DNA of 59,260 bases, filler included, from Bipalium vagum (taxonomy: Eukaryota), in NCBI GenBank assembly GCA_037834085.1. It is 3 parts of 3 records of this genome, joined end to end, with 100 filler letters (N's around TTAATTAATTAA, not from the genome) between each part and the next. Parts side by side here need not be neighbours in the genome. Positions count along the whole stretch, not along the records: positions 25,299 to 42,034 come from JBBMKC010096312.1; positions 42,135 to 59,260 come from JBBMKC010077562.1; 1 more part is not named here. One strand, 5' to 3'. Below the pieces are notes generated by a model, which saw nothing but the letters and a program-made list of their open reading frames with translations, had not been told where the DNA came from and searched no databases. The position numbers and the translations under genes were made by a program. This document shows, piece by piece, positions 38,901 to 54,520 of the stretch. Each line of letters begins with the position of its first letter. Position 1 is the first letter of the stretch.

Positions 38901-41103
38901 CACAATCTAAAATCAAAATTTGACAAAATAAAATCATTTAGACTATATTTTAAAATGCAATATTTGAATCTCGGCTAAAAGGTAGATAATTATGGATGAT
39001 TTACGATTTCCAAAATAATAAAAGATTCAAATTTGCGATGCCAAAACTCCGTTTTTGAATGTCAACCAAATAAGTATTGATTTGATAATCATTGGTTAAA
39101 ATTCATATTAGAACGAGAAACTTAGCAGCACACAAAAATAATATTATCAGTCACTTACAAAATAAAAACTTTTGTTTCTTTATCGATCTACAAAAATATT
39201 AATATTATTACATTATGGTTAAGTTGGAAAAACATTTTGATAAAGACTAGCTCTTTTGTAGCAATAATGCGAGAATTCAACAACTATAACTAAAAATATT
39301 TACTGCAAATGCAACATATTTACTAAATTGAATCACCGCATTTGACTTATCCCTCAATCAAATACTGATTTAGGCCACCATCGACACAAAATTATGCCAC
39401 TTACTCTCGTTTGCATTTTCTATACTCTACACAGAACATGATCAATGCTTTGCAAGAAAAAATTCATATGTTCTATATAGTTTGACTTCATATCTCTATG
39501 TCGATTGTTTAGAATTTTATTTATAAATTTTTAACATCCTCCATTTTTTCTATAAACCAAATCGTTTAGTTTTAATAAGAAATATATTATTCTTGGACAC
39601 TTTCATTTACTTAGTAGATTTTCCAAATACTGTGAAAATGAGATTAAAGGTCTGACTAATCTCTGTCAAATGAAAAATAACTGTCCCAGAATAAATGAGG
39701 TTAATATTAGCGAGATAAATGTTTCCATTTTCTTTTGTTGCTTTTTTAAAAATTAGTAGCCAATGTCAAATAAATGAGACGTTTCATTTTAGTGAACTTG
39801 AAATAATATTGTATAACGACTTTCTGTACTATAAATAAATAATTTAGATTAAAATTAAAATGAACTGCTAAAATAAAAAATTTCAAAAGACCGAACCACT
39901 AGTAATATTGTCTTATTTTTCTTTTTAAAATTTCCGTAAAGTAATTCATAAACAGTCGACATTTCTACTGGCGGATTAAATAAATATTGGTGACTTTCGA
40001 ATTATGTCGCTTTACAATTTTTTAAATTTTAATAAAAATTAATAACACAAGTCTACTGTTGTAAATTATAATCATTATTTTCAACAAAAATAGATACACG
40101 CTGAAATAGATAATTCGGTGTAAAAGAAAATACATAAAAATCGTATTTATTATTGGTAACCATAGTTATTTAGCTATATGAATATAAATAAAAGTAAAAC
40201 GTGTTTCAAACTATTTCAAACATGTTGTCAAAATTAAAAATTAATAATTAAATTGAATGATTTATATAAGAATGCATTTCCAATAACCAACCAGAATTGA
40301 ATAAAGCCACAATAACAAATGATCAATAAAAATTGAATTATGTAGAAAATATTTTGAAATACAAATCCTTAAATTTCACAAAAAGTTGATCTGATTTACC
40401 CTAAGTGGACGGATGAGAAAAATATAAATTTCTTTGATTTTGATAAACTCAATCTATGATTAAGATTAAGATAAACGTACCTTAATGAACAAAAGTGGTA
40501 TAGTTTGTTTGTTTTTATGGTAATGTCTGGCTACTCTGTATACAGTTTCTGGTATAAATTCTAATACAAGATTAAGATAGACCTCGTCTTTCTGAAATAA
40601 GAAATCATTTAAACCACTATTCATCGAGAAATTGTTTTGTTTACTTTACCTTTTCGCCATTTGAATAAAAGAAAAATAATAATTCAACGATATTCTGGTG
40701 TTTCAATTGTCGCATTATTTGAAGTTCACGATTCTAAGATAACCAAATAAAGGCAGATTAGAAAATCAATTCAATCGACATAACTTTAAAACGGCGATCT
40801 TGGAGAACTTTTTTAATAGCTATTAGTTCTTTTGATTCACAAAACCGAGCTTGATAAACAACTCCAAAGGAGCCATTACCGATAATTTTAGTATCCGTAT
40901 ATGATATTTCCTGAGTTTTTTCATCTTGTCCTGGAGTTGCAGTAACTGTAGTTATTCTCATTCCTTCTTTGTCTTGAATATTTAGTTAAGACATTTCAAC
41001 TACTTATAATAAATTATGAAATACTTGATATTTTTAGTTTTTCAATGCTACTACTGGCCTTATTGCCGTCATTTTGATTTATAGTTTTTTGCTTATTACT
41101 CAT
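29230..41103 (-). CDS. GSK3: Glycogen synthase kinase-3 (shaggy/GSK3), 440 aa, 9 exons
   Basis: Exons 41103-41025, 40972-40785, 40733-40650, 40591-40481, 37493-37363, 35644-35538, 33289-33096, 33034-32848, 29471-29230 sum to 1323 nt in frame; [77 protein letters not shown]. Confidence 0.97.
33720..33935 (+). mobile_element. mariner N-terminal fragment inside a GSK3 intron
   Basis: [42 protein letters not shown]. Confidence 0.65.
35912..35979. repeat. (TTA)n microsatellite
   Basis: About 22 TTA units; shorter tracts at ~6919-6956 and ~43632-43665. Confidence 0.95.
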
Positions 41104-41519
41104 TTTATAACATGGATAAAGATTAATTTAATAAATTGAAAATTTTAATTTTCGCTATAATTATGTCAACAATAAACTTCAATGTATTCCTTTATTTAAC
41201 ATTTTAAACAAATTATGTTCATAATTTTTTCTTTAATTATTAATTTACAATTTACATTTATATTTCAATCAATTTAAAATAATGGATTACATAGAATCAG
41301 AAAATTAAAATAATTCATAAAATTGTGACTATGCGCAATATTTGTAATAAATATTTTTATTTCACTCAATTGTTTCTTAATAACATATATTTGAATATAG
41401 ACTTTTGAAAACTGTAAACTAACATTTCAATATTAAAGGAAAAATTAATAGAATACTTGTAATTTTTCTTACATTAACCAACAATCACAAACTTATATTT
41501 AACTTTCTTTCAAATACTA

Positions 41520-41550
41520 TACAGGGTCGGAAATAAGTTAGTGACACATT
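41520..41550 (+). mobile_element. Isolated Tc1/mariner-type TIR upstream of GSK3
   Basis: TA-CAGGGTCGGAAATAAGTTAGTGACACA; no partner recognised. Confidence 0.4.
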
Positions 41551-42577
41551 ATAAAAACTACTAAAATCGATATTTTAAAGATTTAGTAGCCTTAATAGTG
41601 ACAGATAAATGTGTGTTTTTAGAGTACCTGAATGCATCTTTCATTTTGAGATTTTAAAAATTTATAAAATTATATGATGACTTGGCAATCAATATAATTT
41701 GAGTAATATACCGAAAATGTCGGAAATTTAACTTTGGTGACATTCAAAATTTATCCAGAATGTTATGGTTTAATTAATCATATTCAAAGGAAAATGATTT
41801 TATTTCATGAAATACAATAAATATCATTAAATATTTACAATGGTATCCTTTAGTCTTTACAACTTCTTTTAATAGCCGAGGGATTGACTTGTTAAGATCC
41901 TAGAGAATGATGGACAAAAGGATGTTAAGGTCGGAGCTTAAATGTCTCTCAGATCTTAACGGTTGAAGGTTGCGTTTGTGCGTGTTCGACTTTTATTTAA
42001 AATTCACTAAGAAAACAAATTTCAATTTAATACTNNNNNNNNNNNNNNNNNNNNNNNNNNNNNNNNNNNNNNNNNNNNTTAATTAATTAANNNNNNNNNN
42101 NNNNNNNNNNNNNNNNNNNNNNNNNNNNNNNNNNTATATTATTATTTATATTATTATTTATCTTATTATCTTTAATATTATTATCATATTATTAATATTT
42201 TTGGCCGTATTTCTTTTAATTTTTGTATTTATTAAATTTACTTTGTTATTGTTATTTTTATTTCATTATCACATTACGCTTCTTTTATTATAATGATTTA
42301 ATACACTCACAACAGACCGTTTCTTTATTTTATTTATATTTAAACTTGATTTGGATTGATATAGGAGAAAATTCATATAATAAGTAAATAAAAACAGATT
42401 TTATTTTATTACCATAAGCAATCTAATTTCCAAGTTGACCATTACAATGGATAATCTACATTGCGAATTAAACATCTCTCAATCTTAATTTGCTTAATAA
42501 TCTCATCTAAAGACATTTATCATAAGGAATCACTCGAAATAAGCGGCAGCTATTCAAAAACAATTGCCGATCTGGTA

Positions 42578-42652
42578 ACAACAACAACAACAGCAGCAAC
42601 AACAACAGCAACAAGAGCAACAACAACAACAAGAGCAGCAACAGCAACCAAC
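42578..42652. repeat. Imperfect CAA/CAG trinucleotide repeat
   Basis: ACAACAACAACAACAGCAGCAACAACAACAGCAACAAGAGCA... Confidence 0.85.
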
Positions 42653-43629
42653 AAGTGTTTCAATGAAAGCCGAAAAAAAACACCACATTTTTTTTGGATA
42701 ATATTAAATATCATCAATCTCTATTCCTCCTTCTCCAGTCCCTATGAAATTTATCTTATGCTACTTTTTTACAGGAAAATATGACTTAAGCAATCACAGT
42801 TATAATTTGATTATCAAATCTGTACTCTAATCATCAATCATTATCATTTATCGTTGTTTGCTTGAACATTCCGAATGGTTTTTGCAGAGCCTGATTTTCT
42901 AATTATATCACATTTTTCCCTTAATCAGCCCAAACCAATTCACAAAGTATTGGAAAATTTTCTCTGGGTACTCTCAAGAAACTAATAAATCGACTAGTAA
43001 AACTCAGTCCACCACTTTCAGCCTGAAGCTACCAATGATCAGTAAAAATCAACTCCATCTCTCAATCAGCCACTTAATGATCATTATCACTCGGGAATGT
43101 AGACAATGCTATGCAATTCATCTTCAGCAACAATGAAAAAATTTTAAAAATAAAATTTTGCAACCATAGTAACAAAGCTATAAATTTCGCATAAAATTGC
43201 ATGTTCAATTTACATTAATTTCCAATAGTTTCCTCTTTAATATAATCGCAATATCTTAGGAATTTTTTATACTCATCGAATTGGTTGGGGTTATTTCACT
43301 TTTCCCTTCTTTCCTTCTTCGTCTTCAATAAAACGACGATAATTACTCAGATATTTATCACAATTTTCAATGACATCCTAAAGTATATATTAATTTTCAA
43401 CAATCAATTATTATTTTTCAAAGCCGCAAATAAAAAGAAAAAGAAAATTTTCCACCAAAAAAATATTATATTAATAATAATAATGAATATTATTAATATT
43501 ATTTATTTATTTAACTGAGCCCAGTCACAAAATATTGAGCTATTTAATTATATAATTACGATTTTAAATGGATTAATTTTCGATCAATTAAAACAAATTC
43601 TATTCTGGTAATAATTTTATTAATATATT

Positions 43630-43668
<39 letters not shown>

Positions 43669-45098
43669 TAATTATTTTGTTTAAACGGTTGTCAATGATT
43701 CTCCATTTCTCAATTTACAATATTTTCCCAAAAATCAAAAAACAAAATTAATTGCATTGAAATAAAATAATAAATGATTTTTAAAATCAAAATAAATATT
43801 GATGAATCTCTGATGGACACATAGTAAATTAATAATTAATATTTAATACAAATAATTCTATTTCTTCTTGTTCATAATTAATCTTTAACATGGATACAAT
43901 TGGTTAAATATTAAATGAAACGATGGGTATTGAAAATAAAGACAGGCAGTCATAATATGTATTAATTTTTTATGCTAATTTACATTTATTTTTTTTTATT
44001 ATTAATAATAACTGGATTAGTTTTTCAATTTAATAAAAATTTCCCCGTACAAAAAAATTCTTTTTTCTTATATTTTACCGTGAGATTTATTTTTCTCCCA
44101 ATCAATATTGTAAAAGGGGAAAATAAATATTTTAATTCGTGTTATAAAAAAGGAAATTAACATATAATCGTTATTATTGAAAAAAAAACCAAAAGAAAGA
44201 CAAGCACACAGAGAGAAAGAGCGAAACGGGGATAAGAGCTCCGTCAGTTCGAATAAAACTGATATATTCCTTTTTCCAAACAAAATAACGAGAAAAATAT
44301 AAATAAAATAATTTGGCAACCATTACTTTTTAATGGTTCTCTATGTAGAAGTCAAAGAAAGGCATAATATGAGCGAAGTAACAAAAGAAATTTCCAATAC
44401 CCCTAATTAAAGCTGTGATTATATTCATTTTATGGAATATTGAAATAAAACAATGATCCCATTCAATAGTTGTCAATAAAACCCGACCGCTGCGGCAGGT
44501 GTACGGGACATTCATGCATAAACTCCAAGGATTTGAGCAGACACACATGTCAGTCAACGAACATTGAAAAATTGTTTTATGTTTGGCTTACAGCTGATTA
44601 CATAAAGCAAATAACTATAAACCAACATATACCAAAACCATAACATAATCAAGGGGAAAAATCCGTACTATTGCACCAGTAATTTTAATTACTTTTTTCA
44701 AGTCATAAATCATGGTGCTTTGTATGAATTGGATTTTTCTCCAGAGGAAATATTTCTGTCTCTTGACATGCAATATTTATTGTTATGATATTAAAACGAC
44801 AATAGAACTCAGCGATTTCTGTAACTTGTAAGTAGCAATCATATGGGAACCATTCCCAACAAGTACTAAAACACATGTTGACATGTTGGGGTATTTTTTT
44901 TGTTTTAATGGAACAGTCACATTAAATTATTATAAATCAAAAAATGTTTCAACAATAATGACAATAAAGAATAAAATGATAATGAAACTTTGATAAAAAT
45001 ATAATGATAATAATAATTATTATTATTAATGATAATAATGATAATAATAATAATAATAATGTCACATATATATAATTGATTAATACTTCCAAAATTAC

Positions 45099-47188
<2,090 letters not shown>

Positions 47189-50100
47189 TCACTTGAAAAG
47201 AACAGGTTGCTGATTATGAGAACGGGATCCTGTTTTGTCGTTCGGTTCTTGGAAAACTGGTGTCCGGATTCCGGCTGTCGATGTGATTGTCTTTGCGGTC
47301 AAGCTTCGTGTGGACGGTTCGCTTTTCAGAAATTGGTTTCCCTCTAAAAACGGCGATTGAAGACAACTGAAATATTTTACCACCACCAGAAATACTCAGG
47401 AAAATGTGAGTAGCGGGCGGATGCATTGCGTTTTTATAATTGCAGCAGCAGCAGCTGCAGCAGAAGCATAGTTGAGCCAATGTAGCACCAACCAGTACTC
47501 TCGTCCTGACACACTCCCTTCCTCTTATGCAGGGAGGACGGTTTTAATGAAATTGACGAAAATGTTACATGTCCTTTCAGTAACCGACGGTTTGTCGTCA
47601 GCCGTTTGTTGATATTTGTGACTGTGTGTTTGTATGTGTGTTTGTATGTTTGTATTGGTTGCGTATGTATGCATTTATCATTTTGTGTTTGTTTGTGGGT
47701 GTGCGTGAGAGTGTGTATGTGTAAATTTTTCCCATTTGGAAATTTCCCTGCTCATTTAAAGGAATAAATAAAAAAGAAGTAATAGTTTAATTGTGAAACC
47801 ACTTTGAATATGCTCATGGGATTGAATGATCCATTTCTGCCATTTCCATAAATTCGTCGGATTTTCTATGGGAGTATTCCCATCTGTATATAAATATATA
47901 TATATATCTATATATGTATATATGTTTATATGAATTTATATATTATATATATACATCTTAATATATGGTGTGCCTGTTTGTATGTTCTCTGTATTTAGTG
48001 AGTGGTTTTGTTTGCTGCTGTATAGTTTTGATTGTGTGGGTATGTTTGTGTGTGTGCGCGCTTATGGATAACTATGGGGAGGTCAGGAGTGTGTCCCCAT
48101 CCTTCAAATCGGTTTTAATTTCTGTGAGTAACAATGCACCATAAAACCAAAGAAATCTGACCGTTTCCCTTGCGCTTGTGATCCGCGATATATATACATA
48201 TATATTTTATATATTTGTTATAAAATTGGGAATTTTATCATCATATCCAGATGATAACTAGCTCACAGTTTGGAACGAGTATAAAGTATTTACAATTACC
48301 CCGAAATAGTTATGTTATTTTGATTAAAAAATTATTTATTGTGAGGAGGGGAGGACAATATGTGGAAGATATATGAGGTTGGTGAAATTCGAAACATCAT
48401 TACCACTATCTCTCTCGGTCTCTACTCATCCAAAACATTATTAGACAACAACGGCATCACAGTTTGAAAATTCCAAATTTCCCATCGTAATGGAATAATG
48501 TTATAAATAAGATACTCCCGAGTGTAAAAACATAAATAATTGAGTAATTAAAGTGTAACCTATTAATTGGCAGCTTGGTCTGCCTCTGCTCAATGATATA
48601 CAGATTTCTTACGCAACTCCATCTCGTGCAATTAGTTTTCTTAATATTGATAATAGTCAGGATAGTTTTTTAATCGTTTTCCCATTTTAATACTTAAATA
48701 AAAAATTAATATCAGATCTTATTGTTAAATATTAATGGTAAGATAAATAGGACAAATGATTCTGGCTATATCATATCCTTTTTAACTTTTTTTTAGGAAA
48801 AAATTCATAAAAAGAAAGAATAATACTGATAATGCTTTTTTATTTATATTTTTATTATTATTGCTAATTAGCGATAATGTATAAAATATTGCACTTAAAA
48901 TGTTCACGTTTATACATTATAATTATTTATCGAATTTCTGTCAAATAAATCTAAAGACCCAAGTGAATTTAGCTTAAGTAAAGTTCATTATTTATATATA
49001 AATAATAAAATATTCATCTAAGGATGTGGATTAAAACCATAAATTTAAAATGTTTTTTAATATTAATATTGGTTTTGTTAAATTTTTGTTATATTGAAAA
49101 ATAATTTAAGAAAATATACTTTTCCTTTATTTATATATTTTGTGTTCATACTCAAATGCTGTCGGTTTAAATAGAATAAATGTAACTTAATATAGTAATT
49201 TAAATACAATTTAATTGGTTTTTAATTTTGAAATTTCTACAAAAATATTCACAAGATATTTGTTCAATTTTTTTGTTTTAATAATATTATAGTTTTATTC
49301 TAAAGTTCAATTTTTAAGATTTTTATTAAACAAACCGTAATAACTGACCTCTTCTCTTTATTGTGTTCAGATTAATACCTTTACGGTTATTAACTCACAC
49401 ATAAGTCAATAAGTTTTAAGTTCTCAAATCAATAAATGTCAACCAGATTCTGAAATTTGTTACGCTTATATTCTATAAACTGTGTAACCTGAGGCTCGTG
49501 ACTTTACTGGTCCATTCATATATGTTATTAACCTTCTCAACCTAAAATTGAATCAAAATAATCACAAGAGGTTTTAATCAAAACAATACAATAATAGATC
49601 AATTGATAAGCCAAATCATTTCCAATAATACACTAAACATACGCGATCAAATATAATAAAATTAACAATGATCAATCAAACAAAAAATCAAGGTGAAAAG
49701 ATTTAGTCGTAAAAATTCAATTAGAATGGATAATAATATATATAATATAATATTTATTCAATTAATTCTTAAATCAAACAACCGCTAAATAAGTCGACAT
49801 TGTCAAGATTAGAGTAGAAACAAATCATTATTATTATGTACTTTATTAATTATTATAATATTATTATTTAACCATTCTCTTTTATGATCTTTACAATTCA
49901 AAAGGATGTTCACTTGACCAACCCAAGAAATTCAACAAAATTTCCAAGTCGTGTTTCAATGAAATCTATCTAACCAAATATTAGGTTTGGAAATTTTGGA
50001 AATTGTTCAACGAATGTGAGACCCATTTGTCGAGCTTTTTAACTTTTCCTATTGATTTCAAATGACGAGAAATGGTCATTACTGATGCGTCAAACACTTT

Positions 50101-50286
50101 GGCTAAGTCTCGCACAGTCTGATTTGGATTTTCTTCAACCTTTGCCTTCAGATCACCATCATCAACAGTGGTGACTGACCTTTCACACTCTGCAATTTCT
50201 CAACTATAATCATTAGAATTGAATTTTTGGAAGCCAACGTCAAATGGTTTTTTTGTTTGTAGCATGCAACCCAAATGCCAAATTTA

Positions 50287-51696
50287 CAGGGTGCGTCAGC
50301 TATTTGAGGACAAAAATTGATATTTAAGGTAAGTAATATTTTTAATGAAAAGAATGTATATTTTTAAGCAATATTAAACACTTTATTTGTTTTAAGTACA
50401 CAAGTTTTATTTGGTCAATAAAATCGCCTTCAGTGTCAATTACAGATTCAAGACGGCTTCTGAAAAGCTTACAAGCGCGATCAGATGGTTTTTGTTCATT
50501 TTTATCATACAGAAATTATAAAAGCCCGTAATGAATCTTTGGTATTATGAGAATGTCTGTTCGTCTTCTTCTCTACGACGCCCCATACGAAATAGTCCAA
50601 AGGATTTAAATCGGGTGAGCTAAGTGACCATAAGTTTGTAGTGACATGGTCTTTAAAATTTAGCGATAGCCATTTTTGTGTTTTTAATGCTGTATGCCAT
50701 GGAGCTGAGTCTTCTTCTCTACGACGCCCCATACGAAATAGTCCAAAGGATTTAAATCGGGTGAGCTAAGTGACCATAAGTTTGTAGTGACATGGTCTTT
50801 AAAATTTAGCGATAGCCATTTTTGTGTTTTTAATGCTGTATGCCATGGAGCTGAGTCTTGTTGGAACACATAAGGCCTTCCGTGGGAAACTTTTTCAATC
50901 CAGGACTTCACATATGTATCCAGACATTCGATATAAAAAGATGCATTAATTATAAGTCCCTGTGGAAAGAAATACGGAGGCATAGCATGATCTTCGTTGC
51001 TCTCAACACCCAATATCTTTAAAGATGATAGAAACTTGGTGTGCATAATATTAGGGACTTCAGAAGCACTGGAGCACAGCCATCGATCGTTCCTCCTATT
51101 AACCTTTTGATTTTGAGTGAAAGGTTTTTCATCAGAAAAGAACAATAGCATGTTTGGATGATCAGGATGGTTGATTTTGTTAAAAAGACACTTCGAGCCG
51201 ATTAAACGATGTTCTTTGCTTTTTGCCGATACAAAATTTCTTCTTCTAATTACTTAAGACTTGCATTTTAAATCATTGTGTACCGTCTTACTGTTGACAC
51301 AGAAACCGATAGTCGATGGGTAATTTCTCTAATTTCTCTCCGGTACTGCCCTGAACAATATCCTTGACTTTTTGAAATAAAATTTAACATTTCTGATGTC
51401 TGAACTTGAGGAATGTGTTTTTCTTTTAGATATAGAGGAAGCATTTCGATTAGATGACAAACGATCTGGCAACATTAAGAAATTTCTAAGTCACTGTGTC
51501 CGGCGGCTAATGCAACAATAACTGCATGAGTTTTCATTTATTGTGTTAATTTAAAAGTTATCTCTTCCATTTCTAAATTAAAAAATAATTATTTAATGCT
51601 GTATCAATAAATATTGCAAATGAATTTTATCGCAACTAAAAAAATTATCATGATATATTTTAAACATTTTCGTCCTCAAATAGCTGACGCACTCTA
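50287..51696 (-). mobile_element. Full-length DD37D (maT) transposon, non-functional
   Basis: TIRs CAGGGTGCGTCAGCTATTTGAGGAC and GTCCTCAAATAGCTGACGCACTCTA with TA on both sides; FFSDEK, FQQDSAP, SPDLNPLD with 37 residues between the 2nd and 3rd D. Confidence 0.93.
50563..50859. repeat. Perfect 146-bp tandem duplication inside the maT transposase
   Basis: 50563-50708 equals 50709-50854; GTCTT at all three junctions. Confidence 0.92.
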
Positions 51697-51957
51697 TATG
51701 TTCCTGACAGCTTCGGATATCTTGTGGGCCAATTTTCATTCATAAAATTAAATGATTCTTAATTCCGTCGATGTTATGACCTCTATATATTTTTAAATAT
51801 GTTATTATTTAAACAAGTGATATTGTAATATAAATCAATTTCTAACCTTTAAATCGATATATCAAACTTTAATTTTCATCAATTATTACTGAAAATATGT
51901 TGCTTTAAAAAATTAGTTTTAAATAGGGACATTTCATATGTTACAACCTAATATATA

Positions 51958-52170
51958 CAGTGTGTTAAATAAGTTTTAAGACTGTGTTTGTAAAATCAAA
52001 AGAGAACAATATTTAAAATTTTTATTGTTTTATTTATTCAAAGTAGTCCCCTATCTTTAATGCACCGGTTACACCGATTCAATAAGAATTGGAACGCGTG
52101 CAGTTTTTCCAGTTTATCATTAAATTTTATAACTACTTTTTCTTCCATTTGTAATTTTTGACATGAGAAA
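51958..52170 (-). mobile_element. mariner 3' end with TIR
   Basis: TA-CAGTGTGTTAAATAAGTTTTAAGAC TIR; minus strand HAFQFLLNRCNRCIKD.GDYFE*. Confidence 0.7.
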
Positions 52171-52479
52171 AAATTTTACTGCGTTAAAAATCGCATACCT
52201 CTGGTTACTGATATCCTATTGATTTGAGTTTTTATTAGATAATAGATAAAGATTCAATCTTTAACGTGTATATTTTAATACATATATAAATAAGTGTGTA
52301 TATTTGTAGTGGTTGTTATTTTATGTTATCGGTCTTATTACTTAATTCACACACTGAATATTTCAATAAAATTTTAATAAGTTGTATCGCAATTGTCTCT
52401 GCTGTTTACTCAATCTTATTTAAGAAAAAAGGATAAAGAAAGTATTCATATTACATTTAATAATATGACTGGAATAAAA

Positions 52480-52620
52480 AAAAATTTTTCCACTATCAGA
52501 CTTTGAAAGAGGTAGGGCTACAGAAAGGCGGAGTAATTTTCAGAGAAATCGACAGACGTTTGAGAAAAAAATCATTCCACTATTTTACGGGTATAGAATG
52601 CGTGATCTGAGAAAGGCTTA
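52480..52620 (+). mobile_element. Tc1 N-terminal fragment
   Basis: LSDFERG..GVIFREIDRRL..HSTILRV. Confidence 0.6.
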
Positions 52621-52629
52621 CAAAAATTT

Positions 52630-53287
52630 TGTAAAAGATTTTCATCCATTCTGTCTATTTTAACACAGTATTTATCACCTCTAATAACACTTTTAAGACA
52701 GTTGCAATGGCCTACATCTAATCTGCATTACCAAGCTGTCATCATTGTCTTTTTAAAATGCAAATTAGGCTTTTGCAATTGCTTTGGTCATTCGTTGTTG
52801 TTTACAAATTGCACAGATCTTTACGATTATTGTATAATATCCAGTTGTTGTTGCTTGTAATCATTCGCAATAAAAATAATTCAAACTTTGAATCAGTGAA
52901 AAACAAATTTTATACCTCTAATTTTTTTTAATTTCATTAAGTTTGTAAGGCATCCATTTTTCAATCGTTTTACTTTTCCAATTGTTTTCAACTTACGATG
53001 AACAGCTCCTATGCTAAATGTTAATTATTCTGCAGCTTCTGAAACTATTATTTGTATATTTAATCCGACTAAATTCTGCAATTGATCAGTTTCACCTTAG
53101 ATTCGAGTCTACCGTAATCTTGATTTCAAAGACTTACATCACCTTCGGAAATTTTTTGAACCAGCAACGAGTTGTGCAGAACGGAACCTATTCCCCATTC
53201 TTTCTTGATTATTTTTGTTGCTTCTGTTACATTATTACCACGTTTAAATTCGTGAGCCATAATAATGCGAAATTCATAGTTAGCCAT
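52630..53287 (-). pseudogene. mariner transposase pseudogene (5' two-thirds)
   Basis: MANYEFRIIMAHEFKRGNNVTEAT..WFKKF..HRKLKTIGKVKR..WMPYKL..FLLRMITSNNNWILYNN..KPNLHFKKTMMTAW. Confidence 0.8.
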
Positions 53288-54520
53288 CACTTAACTTTAG
53301 CACCTGAGATTCACAAAATCTGAAATATAAATATATAACAATAAATATATTAGGTCATTAAATATGAAATGAAAAATATTACAAATACAAAGTTTGACAT
53401 ATGATATTTTAAATATTTTAAATCGTAAGTTATTTGTTTTTGTTATACTGAGTAAATAAGTAATTACTTTTATAGAGCAAATTTAAATATCTGATTTTAT
53501 TATAAATTGTCATTCTTAGAGTAACTTAGAGCTGTGTTGGAGTAGGAATCATTTCAAAGTACTCAGAAGTTAGCCTTGAAACTGAGAATATTCATGGTTC
53601 ATTCGAAATTGCTGTATTAGAACCATTGGATAAACGAATGAAATTGAAATTGGTGATGTTTTAGAAGCTTTAAAAATAGTTTATGAATACTATTTTACAG
53701 AAAATTACAATTAAGTTATTTATATCAACTTACTTAATGGTGAAAATAATCTCAGAGATAGACTTTTCAAGAAAAATTATGGAATATTTTAACTTGAAAT
53801 AAAATTTAATTATAATAACATCGTATTTTATTAGTGTTTCATTTTAATGATTATATCGTTTAAACAGAATAAACTTTTGTAGTCCCATTTTTGTTATGTT
53901 TCAGCAGGTTATACTGTATAGATAAATTTTAAATCTTTTATTTACTAGATTAAATTAGATAATTCAAACAAATTATTTTCCAAAACAAATCAGTCAAAAT
54001 AAATAACAAAATTAGGAAATGCTATATGTAACAAAATAATGTATTATCTCCAGTTATTATTATAATATATAATATAATGTATTTATTAATATTATTGTTA
54101 AAATAAATGTCAAAATCCAATAAAATTAACAATATGGACTATAAAAATGTACATGTTTATTGAATATTAACCAAACAAGGTATTCTGATTGAAGTATACC
54201 TTTTTTAATATTAGGTACAATATTAATCCAATGTGTTAATCAAATAATACGCATCAACAATAAAATTAGGCTCTAACTAAGTAAATCACTTAAAATGTAC
54301 ATAAAATATCTACACTAATCACAAATATCCATCAATTCAATAGAAAGTTAGTAAACACTTCTCAAAATCGTAGTCGGGATATGTCTTGCTCCTCAAAAAT
54401 AACACCAAAAAGTACCAGATCAAAAAATCAACACGGTCGTCACACGATGCCCTTAAAAAAATTAAATCACGTTGCCCATAAAAGAAAGACTTACCCATAA
54501 ATCGACAGATTAATAATTAA

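Larger units (their letters stand above)
49905..51951 (-). mobile_element. mariner (Hsmar1/cecropia-like) 5' part, split by the maT insertion
   Basis: TIR TA-TTAGGTTGTAACATATGAAATGTCCC (51926-51953); EAVRNI|NLAFG..VEENPNQTVRDLA..ISRHLKSIGKVKKLDKWVSHSL is continuous once the insert is removed. Confidence 0.85.

Noticed and set aside
42461-42784. Thr/Ala-rich 107-aa ORF resembling a mucin
   Set aside because: Non-ATG start; the frame is explained by a CAA/CAG repeat, probably antisense to the zinc-finger 3'UTR.
47214-47480. Cys-rich ORF (CFCCSCCCC) resembling a metallothionein
   Set aside because: TTG start; the cysteines come from a TGC repeat, and it does not join the downstream CDS in frame.
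50505-50859. Repeat could suggest a CRISPR-like array or a two-active-site transposase
   Set aside because: Only two adjacent units with no spacers; the duplication frameshifts an already dead ORF.
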